Assembly: GCA_045630765.1 (NCBI GenBank) | Contig: JAZQTM010000104.1 | Location: 671 to 64,670, forward strand | Origin: Acutalibacteraceae bacterium | GTDB taxonomy: Bacteria; Bacillota; Clostridia; Oscillospirales; Acutalibacteraceae | Reading direction: 5' to 3' | Length of the DNA stretch: 64,000 nucleotides | Shown: positions 34,676 to 42,585 of the stretch, in pieces | Layout of the letters: the number at the start of each line of letters is the position of its first letter | Numbering within the stretch: position 1 is the first letter of the stretch | Notes under the pieces: generated by a model | What the model saw: only the letters and a program-made list of their open reading frames with translations | Databases searched by the model: none | Told to the model about the DNA's origin: nothing | Position numbers and translations under genes: made by a program

Positions 34676-35050
34676 TTATTTCCGTCTGATTTCCCAATTC
34701 TCGACAAATTTTTTTGTTTCTTTTCGATCGGCAGAAGTTCGTGCCCACCAAACCCATCCCTCTATAGCCTCAAGGTAAGCAATGATTTCTAATACAACCG
34801 GTTTATAAATTCGTTGTGTCCTAATGTTCTCTAAACAGTCAACAGGGATCTGTTCCAAAACGATTCTTCCAAATCTGTTGCGACCTATAACACTTATATC
34901 CTCTCGTGTAGCGTCCCAGCCTTTTCCGGCTAAATATACTTTCGTGCTCGCTGTGAATGGCTTTGTGCCACGATACACAGTTCCGTCCTTGTCGGTATGA
35001 AATTCTGTTATGTTTGCAACAACGCCAAACCTCCATGACTGATTCTCCAT
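34676..35050 (-). CDS. Orphan hypothetical protein (124 aa)
   Basis: ATG at 35050 follows GAGGTG and a TGTTATAAT extended -10. I recognise no motif. The gene lies inside a repeat-dense intergenic patch beside tRNA-Leu. Confidence 0.45.
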   Translation of the reverse strand: MENQSWRFGVVANITEFHTDKDGTVYRGTKPFTASTKVYLAGKGWDATREDISVIGRNRFGRIVLEQIPVDCLENIRTQRIYKPVVLEIIAYLEAIEGWVWWARTSADRKETKKFVENWEIRRK

Positions 35051-35117
35051 ATAACACACCTCGACTCTTCCGTTTTTACTAATTATAACATACTTTCTGT
35101 CCGATTAAAAGGACTCT

Positions 35118-35211
35118 GAAACTATTCTTTAGCCACGATGAAACTTTTCTCCCACAATGAAACTAATCTCGGTCACGATGAAACTATTCTTTTGAGAAAA
35201 GTTTCATTGTG
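35118..35211. repeat. Phased GAAACT repeats (4 direct, 1 inverted) with 12 bp hairpin
   Basis: GAAACT occurs at 35118, 35140, 35159 and 35180 (spacing 22, 19, 21 nt). The longer unit CAC(G/A)ATGAAACT occurs three times. An inverted copy AGTTTCATTGTG at 35200-35211 pairs with 35174-35185. Confidence 0.8.
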
Positions 35212-35340
35212 ATTTGAGCGTGTGAAAATAGGGTGGGTTCAAGTCTCCCAACTTCGACTTTTTTGTGTTTAATTTTGATACAAAGAAACGAATCTCATTT
35301 GCAAAAGTGACGAAAAGCCTTATACCAAGCGGTTTTTGAC

Positions 35341-35382
35341 AAAAAGAAAAGGAACGCAAGTATCGTATCAATACTTGCGTTC
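35341..35382 (-). terminator. Terminator of tRNA-Leu
   Basis: A perfect 12 bp stem GGAACGCAAGTA/TACTTGCGTTCC with a 9 nt loop, then TTTTCTTTT on the minus strand. Confidence 0.85.
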
Positions 35383-35386
35383 CAAT

Positions 35387-35468
35387 ATGGTGCGGGCGAC
35401 AAGACTTGAACTTGCACGCTTGCGCATTGGCTCCTAAGACCAACGTGTCTGCCATTCCACCACGCCCG
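35387..35468 (-). tRNA. tRNA-Leu (anticodon UAG), type II with long variable arm, CCA encoded
   Basis: The reverse complement reads GCGGGCG TG GTG GAATGGCAGA CAC G TTGGT CTTAGGA GCCAA TGCGCAAGCGT GCAAG TTCAAGT CTTGT CGCCCGC A CCA. The acceptor stem is 7 bp, the anticodon loop is CT-TAG-GA and the T-loop is TTCAAGT. Confidence 0.9.
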
Positions 35469-35474
35469 CATAAC

Positions 35475-35503
35475 GGATATAAGTGTAGCATATTTGAGTG
35501 TCA
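35475..35503 (-). promoter_or_regulatory. Promoter of tRNA-Leu: TTGACA-17-TATATC (minus strand)
   Basis: The reverse complement reads TTGACA CTCAAATATGCTACACT TATATC CGTTAT then GCGGGCG (the tRNA 5' end). Confidence 0.55.
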
Positions 35504-35595
35504 AATGCAAATCATTTCTGCAAGGAAACGAAAAAAACACATATAGTATATCTGAAACCGGAAAAAACTAACAATGCCTATTTCGTCGGAAAGTG

Positions 35596-35624
35596 TTGCA
35601 AGCGGTAGTGTTTTTTGGTATGAT
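35596..35624 (+). promoter_or_regulatory. Sigma-70-like promoter TTGCAA-17-TATGAT
   Basis: Read directly, upstream of the GHL10-like lipoprotein gene. Confidence 0.5.
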
Positions 35625-35647
35625 AGAAATAATTGGGGGGATGGGTT

Positions 35648-37012
35648 GTGAAACGGTACGTAGCGGTCTTGTTGTCCTTTGTGATGCTATTCCTGACCGC
35701 GTGCGGTAATGATCTGCCCGCTACGGACGACACGACTCTCGCGCCTGTTATTACAACGACCACCACCGTGCAAACTACGGTGGATACCACGACCCTTACC
35801 GAAGATACAACTACGCAAACTTCAGCATCTGTCGCTTCCAAGACAAAGAAACCGACCACCTCAAAAACGACTACAACGACGACTGCCACCACGACCACGC
35901 AACCGACTTTGGTAACGCCGTCAGGTGAACTGCGTGCTACGTGGGCGTCGTTTTTCGAGTTAGATACGCTGTTTCGCAATTGCACAACCGCCGAAAAAGC
36001 TAAGACGGCGATTGACAGTATCTTCGATACGATGGAAGATTTTGAACTCAACACCTTGTTTTTTCACGTGCGCGCCAACAGCGATGCGTATTACTCATCC
36101 AAGTATTTTAAGCCGGCAGCTTCGGTTGCCAAACTGATCGCTTCTGGCTTTGATCCGCTCGCTTACGCGGTCGAATCTGCCCATAAGCGCGGAATTGCAC
36201 TTCACGCGTGGGTGAATCCGTATCGCGTGGGGAAGGATACAACGTATCTTGTCAGTAACGTTCCGACACTCACCGATTCGAGCGGTCGGTATTACTATGT
36301 TCCGAGTTCAACGGCGGCTCAGCAACTGATATTGAACGGTGTCCGTGAATTGGTGGACAATTACGCCATAGACGGCATTCAGTATGATGATTATTTTTAT
36401 CCGACAGGCACCTTGGCAGCAACCACCATATACGGCTATGAGAGCGCGGACTATGAAGCGTATCGAAAGGGTGGCGGTACGTTGTCGATTGCCGATTGGC
36501 GCCGTGCCGCTGTGGATGCGCTGGTTGCCGGCACCCACGCCATTACTAAAGCGAAGAACCGTACGTTTGGTGTATCACCCGCTATCAATGCGCAAAACAC
36601 GTACGACGATTTGTATGCCAACCCCCAAAAATGGTTGGCGGAAAGCGGCTACGTGGATTACATCTGCCCGCAGATCTATACAGGTTTTAACCATTCCGGC
36701 AGCCCGTTTGATAAAATGACCGATGTCTGGTTATCATACCCGCGACATTCTTCCGTGAAATTGTACGTCGGCATTGCCACCTACAAAGCAGGACTTCTTA
36801 GCGACACGTGGGCGGGCAACGGCAAGACGGAATGGACCTCTCACACCGATATTCTCAAGCGATCTGTGCTGTATCTGCGTTCAAAGAACGTATCCGGTAT
36901 GGCATTTTACAGTTACAGTTATCTAAAACCTGATAAAGTGTCAGGCTTGTCGTCGACGAACGACGTATCCGTTGCTCGCAAGGAAATGGAAAATTTACGG
37001 ACGGTTTTATAA
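35648..37012 (+). CDS. GHL10 (DUF187, YngK-like glycoside-hydrolase-like) family lipoprotein with Thr-rich linker
   Basis: GTG at 35648 follows GGGGGGA. Lipobox LTAC. A Thr-rich linker precedes a TIM-barrel-like body with NTLFFHVRANSDAYY, HAWVNPYRV and DGIQYDDYFYP. Confidence 0.65.
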   Translation: MKRYVAVLLSFVMLFLTACGNDLPATDDTTLAPVITTTTTVQTTVDTTTLTEDTTTQTSASVASKTKKPTTSKTTTTTTATTTTQPTLVTPSGELRATWASFFELDTLFRNCTTAEKAKTAIDSIFDTMEDFELNTLFFHVRANSDAYYSSKYFKPAASVAKLIASGFDPLAYAVESAHKRGIALHAWVNPYRVGKDTTYLVSNVPTLTDSSGRYYYVPSSTAAQQLILNGVRELVDNYAIDGIQYDDYFYPTGTLAATTIYGYESADYEAYRKGGGTLSIADWRRAAVDALVAGTHAITKAKNRTFGVSPAINAQNTYDDLYANPQKWLAESGYVDYICPQIYTGFNHSGSPFDKMTDVWLSYPRHSSVKLYVGIATYKAGLLSDTWAGNGKTEWTSHTDILKRSVLYLRSKNVSGMAFYSYSYLKPDKVSGLSSTNDVSVARKEMENLRTVL

Positions 37013-37029
37013 AAAAGAGGTGAAACGAT

Positions 37030-40000
37030 ATGGCAAAGCACGCACGAGCAGTTGGTCTTTCTACAGGATGGAAAATCGCAATTGCTGCCACCGCCACAGT
37101 ATTGGCTGTGGCTGTTCTCTGCGCGCTTTTTGCTTACGGTGGTGTATTGGATGCCGTGGCATCTCTCTTTGATGGCAACACTGACACAGCTCCCACTACC
37201 ACGGTAACAAGCCCTACCACGACCAAACCGGAAAAAATCGAGCCGGTATATCAAAAACCGGATGAAATGAAAGGTGTTTGGCTGACACCGGGAGTGGAGT
37301 ATTACACCTCTTCCAAAAACACCGCCCAAACTGTGAAACAACAAATCGACACAGCTTTTTCCGCGATGGGGGAATGGCAGTTTAACACGCTTATCCTACC
37401 TCTCAAAGCGGAAAATGATGACCTGTGGATATACCCGTCCGAGATTACCGATAGTGTAAAACTGACCGGTGAAGACGGACAAGCCTTCGATCCCATTTCG
37501 TACAGTATAACGTTGGCACGAGAAAAGAATATGTACGTGTACGCCGTGTTAGATCTGCGTGTGCAGGACGACGAGTGGGATCCTCGCACTGATGCGGGGC
37601 AAAAGCGCACGTTGGACGTCGTGCGCGAAGTAACGAAGCGTTATGCGGTAGACGGCTATTTCGTGTCCGGTTTCACCTTTTCAGGTGATCAGGTGGAGGA
37701 GCAAGAGCGCGAAACTGCCAAAGCTTCGTTGAACACCTTGGTAAAACAGGTGACACAGATCATCGGTGAAACCGATCCGAATTTGTATACCGGGTTACTC
37801 TCCAATGGTATCTGGGCGCATAGTTCGGTGGATGAGCGTGGCTCCAAAACAGCAGAATATTACGAGGAATACACCGACGGTTGTGCCGATACGCTCTCTT
37901 GGGTAGAACAAGGGTTGTTCCAATGCGTAATGGCGCAGATCACAGGCTCTACCAGCCACCCGACCGCCTCTTTCCAAAAGATCCTTGAATGGTGGAACGG
38001 TGTTGCCGAAAAGCAACAACTTCCGCTCTACATATCCCACATGGCATCACGACTTGGCACCTATCATACCGGTTGGAACGCCATCGATCAATTAGCGCAG
38101 CAGTATTTATATTGCAAATCGGCTACCGCTTGGCAAGGCAGTTGTTACAACTCGCTCAATGCATTGTCGACCAATACCGGCGGTGCCGCCGACGCTTTGA
38201 TGCGCGCTTATGAAGGCACCTTGGACGAGGAATATATCTACAAGAAACTTACGCTGACTTTCCCGACCAGCACAAACTACACGACGTCGGAATCCACCAT
38301 CACCCTGCAAGGTGGCGGTGATACCAATTTCCCGCTGACGATGAACGGTGAAACGATTGAATTGTCAGAACACGGCTTCTTCTCGCTGAACTATACCTTG
38401 AAGGTGGGGAAGAATACCTTTGTCTTCTCTCATAAAGGTACCACGAAAACCTATACGGTCACCTACAAGCAGACGGTATTAAAAAGTGTTTTGCCGACCG
38501 ACAATATGACTGTGGACGGCGGCGGTACGGTTATTATCAGTGCCATTGCCCGAGAGGGATCGAGCGTTACAGCGACCATTAACGGCACAAAAATCACGCT
38601 GACGGCTTCGGCCATCAAAGAAGACGAAAGCGGCAATGCGCCTACCGATTTCAAGGAATACAAAGGGGCATATACCTTACCGAAGGGCAAGATCGGGCAG
38701 ACGACAGATCTTGGGAAAATCACGGTTAGTGCTACCTATAACGGCTTGATCGAATCCAAGACCGGCGGCAATATCACTATCAAAGCGTTACCTCAACCCA
38801 CGACGACGTCGCCATCGGCGGGTACAACGATGCCTGCGGGCACACCGTTGCCCGCTCCCTCCAATGATGTGAAGATTGTTACCATTACGTCAGCATATGC
38901 CGAAACGTTTTCGGGCGGCGGGCAGACAGACGATTATTCCCGTCCCTACAACTCCTACTTACCAAAAGGCACCAAGGACTACTTGGTAAGCACCTACAGC
39001 GGCAGTTTGTCGTATTATCTGTTAGCTTCCGGCAAACGCGTATACTGCAAGGATGCTACCGTAACCAATGGCGGTACGTTGACCTATACGCCGCTGGAAA
39101 ACGGAAAAACGACCATCACGTCCACACATACGAATTTCACCTTTGATGCCGCGTATCCCATTCCTGTCTACGCGCGCACAAGAGGGCAACGCTATTATCG
39201 TGACCCTACCCAAGGCAATGTTACGCCGCATTACGGACTGGAACTGTATTCGCAAACCACCACACATGTGGAACTCTCTTTTTACTATCTTTCAGAGGTG
39301 CCGAGCATTCCCGATATTTCCAAAAGCCCTCTGTTCAGTGCGGCTGAGTGGATCGCGGGCGAGACGCGTGATTGCTTGATCTTAAGACTAACGCTTAAGA
39401 AGCAAGGCGCCTTGTACGGCGTTTCCACCTCCTGGAACGGTAACCAATTAACGGTTTCTTTCTTAAATCCCGCAAACATTTCGGGCAATGCCGCTTCCGA
39501 AAAATTGAAGGGCGTGCGTATTTTGTTGGATCCCGGTCACGGATCACCGGACGATAAGCCGTGGGAAGCGCCGTTCAATTTAGACTATGCCAATACCCTA
39601 AAAGCCAAATTGGAAGCGTTGGGTGCAACAGTCGATATGACACGTACCACGGCTCTTACCACCAATTTATCGTTGCAAAACCGTGTGCTGATGGCACAAA
39701 CGAAGGGATACCATCTGGTCATCAGTGTGCATATGAACGGCGCCGACGGCCAAGCGACCGGTGCAACGGTGCACTACTATACTGAGTGGGCGTACACACC
39801 CTCCAAAATTATTTATGATAAGATGCACGCCGTCGAAACCACCTATGGGGTAGGCACCACAGCGAACGGAACGCCGCGTGCCGACGGCACGTACTGGGGA
39901 ACGCTTTACATGACGCGTTCGTTGTTCCATTGTCCGTCCATCCTGCTGGAATGTGCCTTCTTGGACAATATTCACGATAAGGAAGCGCTTATTAAACCGG

Positions 40001-40065
40001 AGTATCGCGACAAACTGATGCAAGCGGTCACCGACGGTGTGGTTGAGTATTTCAGCGCAATGTAA
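37030..40065 (+). CDS. Membrane-anchored GHL10-like domain protein fused to C-terminal N-acetylmuramoyl-L-alanine amidase (Amidase_3)
   Basis: An N-terminal TM helix and TTT linker precede a GHL10-like region (KGVWLTPGVEYY ... NTLILPLKAEND ... YAVDGYFVSGFTF). The central region is beta-rich. The C-terminal amidase motifs are RILLDPGHGSPDD, LVISVHMNGADG and ILLECAFLDN. Confidence 0.75.
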   Translation: MAKHARAVGLSTGWKIAIAATATVLAVAVLCALFAYGGVLDAVASLFDGNTDTAPTTTVTSPTTTKPEKIEPVYQKPDEMKGVWLTPGVEYYTSSKNTAQTVKQQIDTAFSAMGEWQFNTLILPLKAENDDLWIYPSEITDSVKLTGEDGQAFDPISYSITLAREKNMYVYAVLDLRVQDDEWDPRTDAGQKRTLDVVREVTKRYAVDGYFVSGFTFSGDQVEEQERETAKASLNTLVKQVTQIIGETDPNLYTGLLSNGIWAHSSVDERGSKTAEYYEEYTDGCADTLSWVEQGLFQCVMAQITGSTSHPTASFQKILEWWNGVAEKQQLPLYISHMASRLGTYHTGWNAIDQLAQQYLYCKSATAWQGSCYNSLNALSTNTGGAADALMRAYEGTLDEEYIYKKLTLTFPTSTNYTTSESTITLQGGGDTNFPLTMNGETIELSEHGFFSLNYTLKVGKNTFVFSHKGTTKTYTVTYKQTVLKSVLPTDNMTVDGGGTVIISAIAREGSSVTATINGTKITLTASAIKEDESGNAPTDFKEYKGAYTLPKGKIGQTTDLGKITVSATYNGLIESKTGGNITIKALPQPTTTSPSAGTTMPAGTPLPAPSNDVKIVTITSAYAETFSGGGQTDDYSRPYNSYLPKGTKDYLVSTYSGSLSYYLLASGKRVYCKDATVTNGGTLTYTPLENGKTTITSTHTNFTFDAAYPIPVYARTRGQRYYRDPTQGNVTPHYGLELYSQTTTHVELSFYYLSEVPSIPDISKSPLFSAAEWIAGETRDCLILRLTLKKQGALYGVSTSWNGNQLTVSFLNPANISGNAASEKLKGVRILLDPGHGSPDDKPWEAPFNLDYANTLKAKLEALGATVDMTRTTALTTNLSLQNRVLMAQTKGYHLVISVHMNGADGQATGATVHYYTEWAYTPSKIIYDKMHAVETTYGVGTTANGTPRADGTYWGTLYMTRSLFHCPSILLECAFLDNIHDKEALIKPEYRDKLMQAVTDGVVEYFSAM

Positions 40066-40067
40066 CC

Positions 40068-40101
40068 AAAAAGAGCGTCAGAAATAATCTGACGCTCTTT
40101 T
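40068..40101 (+). terminator. Rho-independent terminator
   Basis: AAAAAGAGCGTCAGA-AATAA-TCTGACGCTCTTTT. Confidence 0.85.
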
Positions 40102-40123
40102 AAATCGGAAAGGAGAGAAGAGT

Positions 40124-40909
40124 ATGCCGAACGGATTGTTGTCAGAAGCTGTTCTAAAAGAACGGCTTGGACAAGCTTTCTCGTTGCAAGTGTACGGTGA
40201 AGTCGACTCTACCAACACGTTTGCGCGCGAGCAAGCGGTTGCGGGCGCACCCGAGGGTACGGTTATTCTTGCCGATACACAACGACAGGGAAGAGGTCGT
40301 ATGGGCAGACAGTTCTTTTCTCCGCAAGGCAGTGGATTGTATATGAGTGTGATTCTTCGCCCCGATGCTGGTGCTACACCTCTATACGTCACCACTGCTG
40401 CTGCCGTTGCCGTTGCCGAAGCGATAGAGGAGGTAGCCCAAGTTCCGTCATCCATCAAATGGGTAAACGACGTCTATTGCCGCGGTAAAAAAGTGTGTGG
40501 TATTTTAACGGAAGGCGCGATCACCAATAATTTGGACTATGCCGTTTTAGGAATCGGCGTTAATGTGCTTCCGCCGATCGGCGGATTCCCGTCCGACATA
40601 CAATCGCGCGCAGGCACTGTTTTTGATGAAAAAACGCCACCGCCGGTCCATGCAAGGGAAGAACTGGCGGCGGCGATCATCGCTCGATTTTGGGGGTATT
40701 ATAAGGCACTTTCGGCAAAAGCATTTTTGCCGTCCTACCGCAGACGTGACCTTTTGAAAGGTCGCACCGTAGAGGTGCTGGACGTAAACGGCGCGGTTAT
40801 TGAGGAAGTAACGGCGCAGGGCATAACCGATACGTTTGAGTTACTGGTATCGGATTGCCACGGCAACACCAAAGCACTTTCCTCCGGCGAGGTAAGCTTG
40901 CGTTTATAA
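40124..40909 (+). CDS. birA: Biotin--[acetyl-CoA-carboxylase] ligase (no N-terminal HTH)
   Basis: Motif ADTQRQGRGRMGRQFFSPQGSGLYMSV, followed by KWVNDV. Confidence 0.85.
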   Translation: MPNGLLSEAVLKERLGQAFSLQVYGEVDSTNTFAREQAVAGAPEGTVILADTQRQGRGRMGRQFFSPQGSGLYMSVILRPDAGATPLYVTTAAAVAVAEAIEEVAQVPSSIKWVNDVYCRGKKVCGILTEGAITNNLDYAVLGIGVNVLPPIGGFPSDIQSRAGTVFDEKTPPPVHAREELAAAIIARFWGYYKALSAKAFLPSYRRRDLLKGRTVEVLDVNGAVIEEVTAQGITDTFELLVSDCHGNTKALSSGEVSLRL

Positions 40910-41590
40910 CTTGGCTAGCAACGCGGGCAAGTCGGATAAACGGTCAACTTCAAAATCCGGTTTGGCGAGGGGAAGGCAGACACTATGCGAGGGGTTAAAC
41001 CAGCAGGTGCGCAAGCCAACCAGATTGCCGCCGCGAATATCGGAACTCAGGCTGTCACCGATGATGACAGCCTTTTCTTTTTCAAAACCGTCGATACAGG
41101 AAAAGCAGTGTTCAAAATATCGCGGATCGGGTTTGTTGAAGCCGATTTCGTGCGAAATAAATACGTCTTTAAAATACGGGAGAATAGCGGCACTTTCCAA
41201 ACGGCGGCGCTGAATGGATGCCGTGCCGTTTGTCATCAGATACAAGTCGTAGGTCTTGTGCAGTGTCTTGAGAAGTTCTGGTGCTCCCGGCATAAAATAA
41301 TGCCCGACGCCCAAAAGATATTCATACAGGGCTTTTACCTTTTCAACGTCACAAGGCAGCCCGTATTCCTCAAACAACAGCGTGAAACGGCGGCGGAGGA
41401 CTTGTTCTCGTGTGATTTCTCCGCGTTCGAGTAATTCCCATTGCGTACGGTTTATGACGTGGTAACGCTCTAACATATCGTCGGTCGGCGTAAATCCCAA
41501 TTCCTTTAAGGTCGAGGATAATGCGACGAGTTCTGCCTTCTTAAAATCCAGCAGTGTATCGTCCACGTCAAAGAAAATGGTAGTAAGCAT
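40904..41590 (-). CDS. HAD family hydrolase (YjjG-like nucleotidase subfamily)
   Basis: HAD motif I IFFDVDDTLLDF, motif II MTNGT and motif IV IGDSLSSDIRGG. Confidence 0.75.
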   Translation of the reverse strand: MLTTIFFDVDDTLLDFKKAELVALSSTLKELGFTPTDDMLERYHVINRTQWELLERGEITREQVLRRRFTLLFEEYGLPCDVEKVKALYEYLLGVGHYFMPGAPELLKTLHKTYDLYLMTNGTASIQRRRLESAAILPYFKDVFISHEIGFNKPDPRYFEHCFSCIDGFEKEKAVIIGDSLSSDIRGGNLVGLRTCWFNPSHSVCLPLAKPDFEVDRLSDLPALLAKL

Positions 41591-41608
41591 CGTGACTCAA
41601 TCCTTTGT

Positions 41609-41639
41609 AAAAAGCCCCCGAAAGTTTCGGGGGCTTTTT
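41609..41639 (-). terminator. Terminator after secF
   Basis: AAAAAGCCCCCGAAA-G-TTTCGGGGGCTTTTT. Confidence 0.85.
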
Positions 41640-41646
41640 GTAAATG

Positions 41647-42585
41647 TTATTTTTTCTTGGCTTTTGCAGCTTTGCGGCGGGCACTGTGCTCCACCCAAAG
41701 CGCCCACATCGGGGTGCACAGGAAGGTGGAGGAGTAGAAACCGGAGATAACACCGAAGGACATCGGCAACGCAAAACTGATGATGGCATCCATCGAGAAG
41801 ATGGCGGCGATTACCGCGACCGTACCGATAGCAACGAAAGTGCAGATCGAAGTGTTCACTGTACGACCGAAGGATTGACGCAAACTAACGTTGACAACTT
41901 CGCCGATCGAAGCTTTCTTTTCCATCTTTACACGGTTTTCACGGATACGGTCGTAGATGACGATGGTATCGTTGAGTGAATAACCGAGGATGGTGAGCAC
42001 GACTGCCACGAAGTTGTCGTTCAACGGAATACGGAAGATCACAAACACAAAGTAAGCGATCAAAATATCGTGCAGCAGTGCGAGCAGTGCCATTACGCCG
42101 GCGGAGAAACCGCCGATCTTGCGGAAACGCCAACCAACGTAGATAACCAAGAAAAGCGAAGCCAATGCAATTGCCATCCAGCACTTGGCAAAGAAGGTGC
42201 GACCATAGGACGGCTGCAAGGAGTTGGTTTCAATTTCCTTGATGTTGTTATTCGCAAATTTCTTTTGCAGTGTCTCCACAAAGGTGGTCTGTGTTTCCAC
42301 GTCGATTTCATCGGGGAGGGAAACCACAATGGTCTTCAAACCACTTTCACCATTTTCGGTGACGTCGATCTCGGCGCCGTCAAGTTCCACTTGGATGAAC
42401 TCTTTTACAGCGTCGGCGTCCAGTGCGTTTTCATAGCTGTATTTAAGAAGCGTACCGCCCTTGAAGTCGATGTCCAGCTCAACACCCATCACCAAGTTGC
42501 AGATCAGACCGATGGCAAGCAATGCGATGGAGATGAAGAGGAATACGCGTCTTTTCGCGATAAAATCAAAGTTCTTAAGCATCAT
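41647..42585 (-). CDS. secF: Protein translocase subunit SecF
   Basis: 312 aa with six TM helices, immediately downstream of secD with an 11 nt overlap. Typical IDFKGGT and VVLTILGYSLNDTIVIYDRIREN motifs. Confidence 0.9.
   Translation of the reverse strand: MMLKNFDFIAKRRVFLFISIALLAIGLICNLVMGVELDIDFKGGTLLKYSYENALDADAVKEFIQVELDGAEIDVTENGESGLKTIVVSLPDEIDVETQTTFVETLQKKFANNNIKEIETNSLQPSYGRTFFAKCWMAIALASLFLVIYVGWRFRKIGGFSAGVMALLALLHDILIAYFVFVIFRIPLNDNFVAVVLTILGYSLNDTIVIYDRIRENRVKMEKKASIGEVVNVSLRQSFGRTVNTSICTFVAIGTVAVIAAIFSMDAIISFALPMSFGVISGFYSSTFLCTPMWALWVEHSARRKAAKAKKK

Noticed and set aside
35118-35211. Possible CRISPR array.
   Set aside because: The repeat period is only 19-22 nt, with no unique spacers of CRISPR length. 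There are just four direct units, and no cas genes are in the window.
35231-35264. A second complete tRNA gene on the plus strand.
   Set aside because: Only a T-arm-like and acceptor-3'-like segment is present. No matching 5' acceptor strand, D-arm or anticodon arm lies upstream.
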